Made by a program: the position numbers and the translations under genes. A stretch of 64,000 bases of DNA, taken from contig CAVSYN010000005.1 of assembly GCA_963732115.1 (NCBI GenBank), positions 129,410 through 193,409 on the forward strand. Reading direction: 5' to 3'. The notes under the pieces were generated by a model. It ran no database searches, was not told the origin of the DNA, and saw only the letters and a program-made list of their open reading frames with translations. Source of the DNA: an uncultured Bacteroidales bacterium. Lineage in GTDB: Bacteria; Bacteroidota; Bacteroidia; Bacteroidales; VadinHA17. Positions within the stretch are counted from its first letter, which is position 1. Every line of letters begins with the position of its first letter. Shown here piece by piece: positions 19,661-29,220 of this stretch.

Positions 19661-21019
19661 ATGAGTACCAAAGCATCACGAAAAATAAGCCGCAGAGGAT
19701 TTATAGGCACTTCAGCAACTGCCCTGGCAGGCTTCACAATTGTTCCATCGCATGCTGTTTCAGGTCTGGGCTATACTGCCCCGAGTGATAAGCTAAATGT
19801 CGCCGCTGTCGGGATTGGCGGAATGGGAAGAAACAATATTGCCAATGTAGGAAAAACAGAAAATATAGTTGCCTTGTGCGATGTGGACTGGAGCGGGCAG
19901 ACACTCAAAGTTTTTGAAGCCTGGCCGGGGGCAAAGCGGTACAAGGATTTTCGTGTGATGCTTGATCAGCAGAAAGGTATTGACGCGGTAATAGTTGCGA
20001 CCTCCGACCATACCCATGCGGTTATTTCAATGGAAGCAATGAAGCGAGGGAAACATGTTTTTACCCAGAAGCCATTGACTCACACAGTGTATGAAGCAAA
20101 AATGCTGGCAAAAGCTGCCAAACAGTACAAGGTTGCCACACAGATGGGCAACCAGGGTCAGGCAAGCGACGGGCCAAGGAGATTGCGCGAGATGATCTGG
20201 GATGGGGTTATCGGGCCTGTTCGGGAGGTTCATGTGTGGACCGACCGCCCAAACAACGGCCTGTTCAGAATATACTGGCCACAGGGTGTTGGCCGTCCTG
20301 CCGAAACGCCTCCCGTACCTGAAACACTTGATTGGGATGTTTTCATTGGTCCCGCGCCGATGCGGCCATACAATCCGGCCTATCATCCTTTTAAATGGAG
20401 GGGCTGGTGGGATTTCGGAACTGGTGCGCTTGGTGATATCGGCTGTCACTCGCTTGATCCTATATTCCGTGCACTGAAGCTGAAATATCCGACATCAGTG
20501 CAGGCTGTTTCAACCCTGGTGAACAAAGAAACCTATCCTTCAGGATCAATAGTACGGTATGAGTTCCCGGCACGCGGGGAAATGCCTCCTGTAAGCCTCA
20601 CCTGGTACGATGGTGGACTCCGGCCGCTGCTGATACCGGAACTTGATCCGGGGATGAAAATGGGGGAGGGAGGAACCCTTTATGTCGGAGATAAGGGTAA
20701 AATCCTGAATGACCAGATATTGCCAGCCTCACTCCGTGAATCCTACAAAGCACCGGTACCATATATTCCCTCCTCACCCGGTCACGAAGAAGAATGGATC
20801 CTTGCAAGCAAGGGTGGTGCTTCTGCCGGTTCAGATTTTGAATGGGCAGGACCCCTTACCGAGACAGTCCTTCTTGGAAATATTGCAATACGTAATGAAG
20901 TCAAGGAAAAGCTTGGCGGAGAAGTAATGCAGTGGGATCCTGAAAAATTCACCTTCATAAATATGCCGGAGGCTGATAAGTTTCTTCATTGTGAATACAG
21001 GTCAGGCTGGACTCTCTAG
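19661..21019 (+). CDS. Gfo/Idh/MocA-family oxidoreductase with twin-arginine (TAT) signal
   Basis: The TAT motif is SRRGFIGTSATALAG. The Rossmann start is NVAAVGIGGMG. The ORF is intact at 452 aa. Confidence 0.85.
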   Translation: MSTKASRKISRRGFIGTSATALAGFTIVPSHAVSGLGYTAPSDKLNVAAVGIGGMGRNNIANVGKTENIVALCDVDWSGQTLKVFEAWPGAKRYKDFRVMLDQQKGIDAVIVATSDHTHAVISMEAMKRGKHVFTQKPLTHTVYEAKMLAKAAKQYKVATQMGNQGQASDGPRRLREMIWDGVIGPVREVHVWTDRPNNGLFRIYWPQGVGRPAETPPVPETLDWDVFIGPAPMRPYNPAYHPFKWRGWWDFGTGALGDIGCHSLDPIFRALKLKYPTSVQAVSTLVNKETYPSGSIVRYEFPARGEMPPVSLTWYDGGLRPLLIPELDPGMKMGEGGTLYVGDKGKILNDQILPASLRESYKAPVPYIPSSPGHEEEWILASKGGASAGSDFEWAGPLTETVLLGNIAIRNEVKEKLGGEVMQWDPEKFTFINMPEADKFLHCEYRSGWTL

Positions 21020-21380
21020 ATTTGTGAACCTCGTTGCGGTTTAAAGGCAAATAAACAATTCCTATTCCGGTTTGTTTTTAATACATCAGGCTTTGATGAT
21101 ATAGAAAAATGCTCCTAAAGCCTGATTGTTAATAACTAAAGTATTTTTATGCTCTGCAGATAAGGGAAATTTACTAACTTATGCATAAATACTTTTCAAA
21201 AATAAAATCGGGAAGTGGTGCATTTTTACCAATAACTCAATTCGCAAATTTTTGAAAAAGTATATAAAGATGGATAACCCTATGAAAATCCTGTCTGAGA
21301 GAATCCGGAAGGATACTTTCACTGAAGGGCGGACCTGGAAAAGATTATTTAGCTCCCCTTCACACAGATCAGGTAAATCA

Positions 21381-21803
21381 ATGAATTCCAGATTGGCAAA
21401 ACTCCTTTTAACATCTTCGTTTCTGTTGATCGCTTTAAAGAGCGTTGCTCCTGACAGCAATACGGTACTGCTCCTGGAACCTGACCCGATCCGCCCGTTT
21501 AACGGGCTGATGTATGCGATCGGTATGGTTGAGACTATGGGGAATGTATCGGCCTATAATGAGTTTGAAAACGCAGTCGGGATATACCAGATACGACAGG
21601 TCAGGATCGATGACTATAACAGACGGACAGGCAGTAAATATGTCCTGGAGGACATGTTTGATTCTAAGCTGTCGCAAAAAGTATTCCTGTATTTCGCTTC
21701 ACAGGTCGGGCCATATCATTTTGAAAAAATAGCAAAAGCATGGAATGGCTCCGGTCCAAAGACTGATCTTTACTGGAAAAGGATAAAGGCATTTTTGGAT
21801 TAA
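21381..21803 (+). CDS. Lysozyme-like / lytic transglycosylase-like secreted protein
   Basis: A signal-like MNSRLAKLLLTSSFLLIALKS is followed by VETMGNVSAYNEFENAVGIYQIRQV, which resembles the SLT E-x...GxxQI core. The ORF track's longest start is 21252. Confidence 0.5.
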   Translation: MNSRLAKLLLTSSFLLIALKSVAPDSNTVLLLEPDPIRPFNGLMYAIGMVETMGNVSAYNEFENAVGIYQIRQVRIDDYNRRTGSKYVLEDMFDSKLSQKVFLYFASQVGPYHFEKIAKAWNGSGPKTDLYWKRIKAFLD

Positions 21804-21854
21804 ATCCCTGAGAATTACTGGGATTAAACTTTTATTTGAATCCCAGCGAGCGCA

Positions 21855-21947
21855 TTCCCCGCTGCTTGCTGCGGGGTTAGCGAGCATTAAATTAAAAAAT
21901 ACCAAATTGGGATCGAAGATTCCTCGTAGCTTGCTACGAGGATCTTC
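21855..21947. repeat. Palindromic hairpins with GCTTGC-type loops
   Basis: ccccgc (21857-21862) pairs with gcgggg (21871-21876). A near-perfect 15-bp palindrome, gaagat-t-cctcgtagc tt gctacgagg-atcttc, lies at about 21915-21947. Confidence 0.6.
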
Positions 21948-21988
21948 AATTGCTCTTCAGTCTGAAGGGATGAGCCCTTTTTAATTGA

Positions 21989-22213
21989 GGCTGTTGAAAA
22001 AGTCAGGTGAACCTACCCGTCATAACCCTTCGGGCGGCCACCCCTGCATTCTGGATCTTTCGCTAAAATAGCCTACCAGGCTATTTTTTAACGCTCAGCC
22101 CCCTTGAGAACCAGGGGTAAGTATTGATATACAACACCATAACTTTCTCCTCCTTTTTAAGGAGGAGTACCCTGACCGAAGCGTCAGGGGGAGGTGGTTG
22201 TCTTTTTAGACAG
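21989..22213 (+). repeat. ~220-bp structured intergenic repeat, copy B
   Basis: See copy A. The terminal hairpin differs in sequence but keeps its pairing (ccctgac cgaagc gtcaggg here, cccccgac..gtcggggg in copy A). Confidence 0.8.
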
Positions 22214-22305
22214 CTCCAATCTTTTATTTTGCTATCTTTCCATTACTTTAATTACTTTAAAGGCTTTTTAGATTGTTTAATAATTCACAATAAAAAATAA
22301 ATTAA

Positions 22306-23217
22306 ATGAAGACATCCCGCAGAACATTTATTAAATCAGGTGCTATGGCATTTGCCGCTACTGCACTTCTGCCAGACTCAACCTTTGCTAAGAAGGCGAA
22401 AAAAAAAGGAGTTATAGGAGTGCAATTGTACTCGGTGCGCGACGATATGGAAAAGGATCCTCTCGGATCACTTAAACAGGTGGCCAAAATGGGCTACAAA
22501 TATGTTGAACATGCCAACTACGTCGACAGGAAATTCTATGGTTATAAAGCTCCGGAGTTTAAAAAAGTGCTGGATGATCTGGGATTGAAGATGATAAGCG
22601 GACATACCGTGATGGGAAGACAACATTGGGATGAATCAAAAAAAGATTTCTCCGACAGCTGGAAAATGACCATAGATGATGCCGGTGTGCTTGAACAGAA
22701 GTACGTTATCAGTCCTTCAATGGACGAGGGCATGAGAAAAACTTATGATGACTTTAAGCACTACATGGAAATATTCAATAAATGCGGGGAATTGTGCAAG
22801 AAAAGGGGAATGAAGTTTGGGTATCACAACCACGACTTTGAATTCAGCGAAAAGCTGAACAATGAAAAGCTCTTTGATATCATTATGAAAAGCATTAATC
22901 CCGATTTGGTTGTGATCCAGCTGGATATGGGCAATTTGTATAATGGCGGAGCGATCGCAAAGGATGTGGTTAATCAATTTCCCGGCCGATTTGAGATTAT
23001 CCATGTTAAGGATGAAATACCTGCAACCGAAGGAAATGAAAAGTATGTGAGCACAATTATCGGGGATGGAATAGTTAATGCCAAAGAGGTTGTCAATCTG
23101 GCTACCAAAATCGGAGGCACCAAGGTCTATATAATTGAACAGGAATCTTATCAGGGCATAACACCAATGGAATCCATAAAGAAGGACCTTGAGATTATGA
23201 AAAACTGGGGTTATTAA
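22306..23217 (+). CDS. Sugar phosphate isomerase/epimerase (xylose-isomerase-like TIM barrel) with TAT signal
   Basis: The TAT motif is SRRTFIKSGAMAFAATALL. The ORF is intact at 303 aa and has the typical GYKYVE...HNHDFEF...IHVKD pattern. Confidence 0.8.
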   Translation: MKTSRRTFIKSGAMAFAATALLPDSTFAKKAKKKGVIGVQLYSVRDDMEKDPLGSLKQVAKMGYKYVEHANYVDRKFYGYKAPEFKKVLDDLGLKMISGHTVMGRQHWDESKKDFSDSWKMTIDDAGVLEQKYVISPSMDEGMRKTYDDFKHYMEIFNKCGELCKKRGMKFGYHNHDFEFSEKLNNEKLFDIIMKSINPDLVVIQLDMGNLYNGGAIAKDVVNQFPGRFEIIHVKDEIPATEGNEKYVSTIIGDGIVNAKEVVNLATKIGGTKVYIIEQESYQGITPMESIKKDLEIMKNWGY

Positions 23218-23235
23218 ATCCCTGATATCATTATC

Positions 23236-23261
23236 AAAAAGCCGGCGTGCCGGCTTTTTTT
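23236..23261. terminator. Bidirectional rho-independent terminator
   Basis: aaaaa gccggc gt gccggc ttttttt lies between convergent genes. Confidence 0.75.
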
Positions 23262-24172
23262 ATCTGGTTGTTTTCGGGTGATAGTTAAACCTGAGCAGGG
23301 TTGCCGGAGTTTTGCTCTGGCCTTCATTTGATATTAGCATATCGCCATTTTCAAGGAATGTTATTCCTTCAGGCTGTCTGAAGAGCGAGGGGATTCAGGA
23401 GGAACAGGTTTTTGATTACACCCAGGGTACTGAATACAAAAAGCATGTAATCTTCCGATGACAGCACGTAAATATCCTTTGTCAGCGGATGAATGCATAT
23501 TGCTGAAGGACGGAATTTTAAAACAGGTTCGGCTGATTGCTTCTTCTTTTTGCTTTTCAAAGGAAGCATTACCTTATTTCCTGTGCAAAATCCTTTAAGG
23601 CTTCAATACTGAAAGTCGTAGGCCGGCTCATCAGCTAGTTTCATTGTTTTAAGGTTGAAGTCGTAGATAATCCTGCTGTCTTTCGACCCGGGTCCCCTGA
23701 GGGGATTTTCCTTGGGCGCTATAAGCAGCCTGTGCCTGTCTTTATCGTAGCAAAGACCTTCACTGTCCTTTGCAGTTATGCCGGTCGGGACTGGTTCAAC
23801 AACAATGCTGTCGGTGTTATATCCTGCAATCTCGTACAGTGTGCCATCGCTTCTGAGCACATATATTGTATCCCCGACTCTTGCTATTCCCTCATAATCA
23901 CCCTTCGAGAAAAAAGTAACCTGTCTTTGGATCTCATTCGAAGCCAGGTCATATATAAACAGGATCCCCTTCTCATCCTGAATGCATCCAATTGTGGTTG
24001 AATTAATAAAGGTGATACCCGATATCTCATGTAGAATACCGGGAAGAATTTCAGTACGGTCAGAGTAAGTTAAATCATATCCCGTCAGGTTGTCGGGACT
24101 GGCGTGCTTTGCCGGACATCCTGATAAAAATGCAGTAATGATGATAAATAAAATTACCGGATATCTGTTCAT
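23260..24172 (-). CDS. SdiA-regulated/YjiK-like beta-propeller lipoprotein, two frameshifts
   Basis: It has a lipobox (FLSGC) and the motifs ILHEISGI, DEKGILFIYD and GDYEGIA. The C-terminal text LFRQPEGITFLENGDMLISNEG...FNYHPKTTR* is in other frames. Confidence 0.65.
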
Positions 24173-24230
24173 ATCCTCAAAGTTAGAAAAACGTGGTTTA
24201 TATCAAACTACACATAAAGGCCCGGGAGCA

Positions 24231-24818
24231 TTATTCCTTGAAATATATTTCGAGATGGGCAACTTCCTTTGTAAAATCAATATTGCGGATCTTGACCTTT
24301 ATAATATCAAGTCCGGTCCTGGAAGAGAGGTCCTTTATCAGCTTGCCGTTGCTCCCCGGTTTTAAAAGGCCAAGATTACCATAATAGATTGAATATTTGC
24401 TGAACATATTTTTCACCAGATACTCCTCCAGGACAAATACTGAGAATATAATTATCACATTGATTATTAAGAATCCGATTACGGGAAATCCATTCTCATT
24501 TATTGAATTGATAACGGAAATGCCTATTGTTGTGAATGTGTATGCCATGTCTTTAACGCTGAAATTCCGAGTTCTGAACCTCAGTATCGAGAAAATGGCA
24601 AATAAACCCAGCCCCATGCCAATTTCAATTTTAATATCCTTCAGCATGGAGCATATAAAGAAAACGCTTATTCCGATCAGGAAAAAAGTGAACATGAACT
24701 TTTCCTTTTTTGTATACCTGAAATAGAGTAAACGGACCAGGATGAAAAGAAAAACAAAGTTCATCAGGAACCGTATCAGGACACCCCACACCGTTGTACT
24801 GTGAAATAGATTTTCCAT
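24231..24818 (-). CDS. DUF4956-domain membrane protein
   Basis: Intact 195-aa ORF with four predicted TM segments and the conserved LFAIFSILRFRT core I associate with DUF4956. Confidence 0.7.
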   Translation of the reverse strand: MENLFHSTTVWGVLIRFLMNFVFLFILVRLLYFRYTKKEKFMFTFFLIGISVFFICSMLKDIKIEIGMGLGLFAIFSILRFRTRNFSVKDMAYTFTTIGISVINSINENGFPVIGFLIINVIIIFSVFVLEEYLVKNMFSKYSIYYGNLGLLKPGSNGKLIKDLSSRTGLDIIKVKIRNIDFTKEVAHLEIYFKE

Positions 24819-25148
24819 AGAATAGTGATTTAAGGATTTAGGATATAAAGTTATTTGTATAAAATTAAGCTATAATTACCCAAAGTCAAGATGTTACATA
24901 ATAAAAACGCCATTTTATTGCACATTTATTATCCGGAATATCAGCTGAAAATGCCTGATTAACAGATCCGGCTTTAAAAGTGAGATGTTTAACAAAAAAG
25001 TAAATGGCTTTCAACATTTTAAGAGGTCATTGCCCCCTGCCCGTCAGTGTAGAAATGTTAATTCTTTAAGTGATTCTCAAAACCTTCAATAATTATTCAG
25101 GAAGTTACGTTATACTTGCTGTTCTAAGCAAACTTCCTGAACCTGGAA

Positions 25149-27176
25149 ATGAGACAGCTCTTGCTATTTTCATGTCTGATCCTGATCGCATGGGTAAATG
25201 CCGGAGCGCAAAGTTTTACCGACAGCAACCTACCTGTTGTGATTATCAACACCGATGGCGGAGCTTCGATTCCTGATAATCCCAGGATCCCTGCTTCAAT
25301 GAAAATAATATACAGGGGACCCGGGGAAAGGAGTTACTTAACTGATCAGAATAATCCCGCTTACCTTAATTATGACGGAAGGATAGACATTGAGATCAGA
25401 GGATCATCTTCCCAGGTAACACCGAAAAAGCAGTATGGGTTTTCCACCAAAAAAGCTGATAATATTACGAATAATAATGTTAGTCTGCTTGGAATGCCCG
25501 ATGAAAACGACTGGGTGCTCAACGGTATGGTATTTGATCCCGCACTAATACGTGATTACCTCTGCTATAACCTGTCAAGGCAGATCGGGGAATATGCTTC
25601 ACGGACTGCTTACTGTGAAGTGATTATCAATGGGGATTATAAGGGCCTTTATTTACTTCAGGAGAAAATAAAATCTGATGATAACAGGGTGGATATCATT
25701 AAAATTGATAAAAATGACAACACTATACCAAATGTTACCGGCGGATATATAACCAAAGCCGATAAAACAACGGGAGGTGATCCTGTTGCATGGAATATGG
25801 TAAACCTTAACGGATCGTCAGTTGACTATATCCATGAACTGCCAAAACCTGAGGATGTTACTGAGGCACAGAACACTTACATCCGCACAGAATTCATTAA
25901 CTTCGGGTATTATGCAGGTATTTTCAATACTTCGGTTATCAGCGGGTTTCCATCAATAATTGATGTGCCTTCATTTATTGATTACATGATTATAAGTGAA
26001 ATTTCCTCAAATGCAGATTCTTATCAGTTCAGCACCTATTTTCATAAGGACAGGAACGGGAAATTAAGGGCAGGGCCTGTCTGGGACAATGATCTCACAT
26101 TCAGCAATGATCTGTTTTTCTGGGGATTTAACAGAAGCAAAACCAATGTATGGCAGTTTTCAAATGGCGATAATGAAGGATCGCAGTTCTGGAAAGATCT
26201 TTTTAATACTCCCGAGTTCAGGTGCCACCTTTCGAAAAGATGGAACGAGCTTATCCAGACCGGACAGCCGCTTAATCTTACAATGATTGAAACATTTATA
26301 GATCAGACAGTTGATTATATCAGTGAAGCGGTGCAGAGGGAAAATGCGCTGTGGGGAAATACCGGCAGCCTTGATCAGCGGATTGCCACAGTCAAGAACT
26401 TCCTGAGTATCCGGATTCCCTGGATAACAGACAACCTGGGATCATATGCCGGCTGCAGTAATGAGCCCGTGCCATCCCTGGTGATAACCAAAATAATGTA
26501 TCATCCGCAGGCTAGTGCTGAATTCCCCGATGCCGATGACCTTGAGTATATCGAGATCACAAATAACAGTGACCAGGCAGCCGATATGACAGGAATTTAT
26601 TTTGGCGGGACAGGCCTCGTCTACCAGTTCCCGCAGGGCTCCTCAATCGATCCATATTCGTCAATTATCCTGGCGAGCAAGGTTGCAGCTTTCAGATTAA
26701 AGTACGGTTTTTCTCCGACCGGCCGGTTTTCAAGACACATTTCGAATAAGGGGCAGAATATCGTTCTGCTGGATGGTATCGGAAATGTTATAGATAACGT
26801 AACCTTTTCTGATACTGTGCCATGGCCAGAGGCAGACGGCAACGGCTATTATTTAAAACTGGTTGACATAAATACCGATAACAATGATCCTGCAAACTGG
26901 ACAGCATCTAAAGATATTATAACTTCCGGTGAGAATATGCCCACGGATGCCGGACTTCTTCTCTTCCCGAATCCGGTAAGCGAGGTCCTTTATGTTCAGG
27001 CGGGATCTGAATTGATCTCAGTAACATTGCTCGATTTATATGGCCGCAAACTGATGACGATCAATCCGGGTGACATATCCTGTGAAATCGATATGGCAGG
27101 ATTTGCGGAAGGAATTTATTTCTTAAGGATTGAGACTTTAAAGGGAGTGCGTGTCAGGAAAGTCATCAGGGATTGA
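25149..27176 (+). CDS. CotH-family protein with lamin-tail-like domain and T9SS C-terminal sorting domain
   Basis: It has a signal peptide (LILIAWVNAGAQS) and a CotH core (YKGLYLLQEKIK.D.NRVDI). An LTD-like segment (ITKIMYHPQ...EYIEITN) and a Por-secretion tail (LLLFPNPVSEVLYV...GIYFLRIETLKGV) follow. Confidence 0.8.
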   Translation: MRQLLLFSCLILIAWVNAGAQSFTDSNLPVVIINTDGGASIPDNPRIPASMKIIYRGPGERSYLTDQNNPAYLNYDGRIDIEIRGSSSQVTPKKQYGFSTKKADNITNNNVSLLGMPDENDWVLNGMVFDPALIRDYLCYNLSRQIGEYASRTAYCEVIINGDYKGLYLLQEKIKSDDNRVDIIKIDKNDNTIPNVTGGYITKADKTTGGDPVAWNMVNLNGSSVDYIHELPKPEDVTEAQNTYIRTEFINFGYYAGIFNTSVISGFPSIIDVPSFIDYMIISEISSNADSYQFSTYFHKDRNGKLRAGPVWDNDLTFSNDLFFWGFNRSKTNVWQFSNGDNEGSQFWKDLFNTPEFRCHLSKRWNELIQTGQPLNLTMIETFIDQTVDYISEAVQRENALWGNTGSLDQRIATVKNFLSIRIPWITDNLGSYAGCSNEPVPSLVITKIMYHPQASAEFPDADDLEYIEITNNSDQAADMTGIYFGGTGLVYQFPQGSSIDPYSSIILASKVAAFRLKYGFSPTGRFSRHISNKGQNIVLLDGIGNVIDNVTFSDTVPWPEADGNGYYLKLVDINTDNNDPANWTASKDIITSGENMPTDAGLLLFPNPVSEVLYVQAGSELISVTLLDLYGRKLMTINPGDISCEIDMAGFAEGIYFLRIETLKGVRVRKVIRD

Positions 27177-29076
27177 CATTACTGGCTGCAATAGCCTTCC
27201 TTACTTCCTCGATATGAATCCGGATGGAATGAATATAAACAGGACTTAAATCCATGCTTTTTTCAAGCTGCGTAAGGGCTTCCTTATACTTCCCCTGCTT
27301 GTACAGGCCCCATCCTTTGCAATCGAGGTAAAGAGGATTTGACGGATCCGATCCGACCGCCCTGTTGACAAGCTGCAGCCCTTCTTCAACATTCCTGTTT
27401 TTGTCGATCAGCAGCCATGCCAGACTGTTCAACCGGACCGGATTATAAGGCTCTGCCGAAAGGGCCTGACGATAGAATACCTCTGCCTTTTCCGCGATAC
27501 CGGCTTCGGAATATATATCGCCAACGGAAGCAGTTATTGCCGGTTCAGATATCAGGCTTCCCTTTGATGATTTTATAAATTTCTCAAGGTAATCATTTGC
27601 AGATGCGGTGTCGTTTTCAGCAAGCGCCAGGACAAACTGTCGCTGAAGCAGCTGCAGGTCTTCCGGAAAATATTTCCTTGCGGAACGATAAAGCTTTTTT
27701 TCTCTTTCATAGTCACCCGTTTTATGATATGCAAGGCCCAGTTCCGCATATTCCTTTGACCAGAATGGCCTGGTATCCCACTTCCTGTACATTTCAAGGG
27801 CTTTTTCAAGCTCAGGTATTGCTTTATCAAACTGTTGAAGCCGGTTGTAGGCAAAACCGGAAAAACTGTAATACACAGGGGCCTGATCTCCCGATTCCTT
27901 CAACTGCCTGAGGTATCTGACCTCTTCTTCAGGAGTCTCAAAGGACACAGCATGTGCATAATTTATCCATGGTTTGTACTGAATCGGAGCCTGGTCCCTT
28001 CTTCCGTAAAATCTGAGGCTCAGGTCCTTTGCCTCTTTATATAGTCCGTCATTCGCGTATGACAGCGAAAGCAGAATTGAAGAAAAAACCAGGCTCGTGT
28101 CTATAGAACATGCCTTCGAGAGCCATTTTACAGCTGTCGGATAATCGTACTTCTGAAAAGCGATATTACCAAGGCTGAAATACCTGTATGCTTCAGGGGA
28201 ATTTGTTATTGCAAGGTGCTGGAATGCCATTGATGCCACACTTTCCAGCTTGGTTATAACCAGGGAGTTCTTTACAAGCGTTGATAGTGAGTCAATCATG
28301 GAAAGAATTGATTTCCTTGTACCGTCAATCTGGAACGATCTGAAGGGATCCTCTGTTCCCGAGTTAAACAGCTGGGCATTTATGCGGATCGTCGATCCTG
28401 CCTGTTTAATGCTTCCGCATATAAAGGTATTCGCCTTCAGTTTTCTTGCTAAAGTTGCCGCGACCTGCATGGTAAGTGAGGCATAATTCCTTATCCCGCT
28501 TTTGCGAATTGAGCTGTTGACTGATTCAAGCTGCTTTACTTCTATTTCTCCTGTACTTGATAGCGAAGTTATAAGATTGACCTGGATGCCGTCCTGCCAC
28601 TCATTCCATAAGGTATCGTTGGTCATATTCTGAAAAGGCATGACGGCAACCGAAATAGCTTCGCTGAAGTAGAGTGGTTTTACGGGCTTGTTTTTTCCAA
28701 ATATCCTTGGCCATGCAAGCACGCCGGCAATGATCAGTAATACAATTATCAGGATGTTGTTCGGGCTCAGAATCCTACCGAAAATTCCGCTGGCCGGAGG
28801 TTTTTCAGGAATATCAGCGGCAGGTTCAGTCCTTACTATACCAGCGGGAGTGAAGTCAAAAATCCATGTAATTACCAGTGTAACAGGCAGCCCGACAGCC
28901 AGAAGCAAAATGACCAGTGTTGCGGTCCACGGGGGAAGCTGGAGCGGCCCCACAAGATTGTTCGTAACTTCAATGATTATGTATCCGGTTGCCAGATAAG
29001 TGGCAATTACCCTGAAGACCCTCCGCCTTTTGAGTTCCTGCCAGAATCTGCTGAGAATATCAGGTTTCCCGGGCAT
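27166..29076 (-). CDS. Membrane-anchored TPR protein (paralog 2), no recognisable output domain
   Basis: Intact 636-aa ORF. The N-terminus has FWQELKRRRVFRV plus TM helices, then a third TM segment. The periplasmic module ISVAVMPFQNMTND and the TPR repeats follow. Confidence 0.75.
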   Translation of the reverse strand: MPGKPDILSRFWQELKRRRVFRVIATYLATGYIIIEVTNNLVGPLQLPPWTATLVILLLAVGLPVTLVITWIFDFTPAGIVRTEPAADIPEKPPASGIFGRILSPNNILIIVLLIIAGVLAWPRIFGKNKPVKPLYFSEAISVAVMPFQNMTNDTLWNEWQDGIQVNLITSLSSTGEIEVKQLESVNSSIRKSGIRNYASLTMQVAATLARKLKANTFICGSIKQAGSTIRINAQLFNSGTEDPFRSFQIDGTRKSILSMIDSLSTLVKNSLVITKLESVASMAFQHLAITNSPEAYRYFSLGNIAFQKYDYPTAVKWLSKACSIDTSLVFSSILLSLSYANDGLYKEAKDLSLRFYGRRDQAPIQYKPWINYAHAVSFETPEEEVRYLRQLKESGDQAPVYYSFSGFAYNRLQQFDKAIPELEKALEMYRKWDTRPFWSKEYAELGLAYHKTGDYEREKKLYRSARKYFPEDLQLLQRQFVLALAENDTASANDYLEKFIKSSKGSLISEPAITASVGDIYSEAGIAEKAEVFYRQALSAEPYNPVRLNSLAWLLIDKNRNVEEGLQLVNRAVGSDPSNPLYLDCKGWGLYKQGKYKEALTQLEKSMDLSPVYIHSIRIHIEEVRKAIAASNVNP

Positions 29077-29220
29077 AACAATCCGTTTATTTTTTTACTG
29101 AAGGCCTTGTGCCAGTTTGCTTAACCCTCCGCCTTACAATGAAAGAGTGGCGAGCGACAATATAAAAGTCAATATGTACTTCATTTAAAGTAGCATCAGG
29201 TTGTTAATATACAAAATTAT

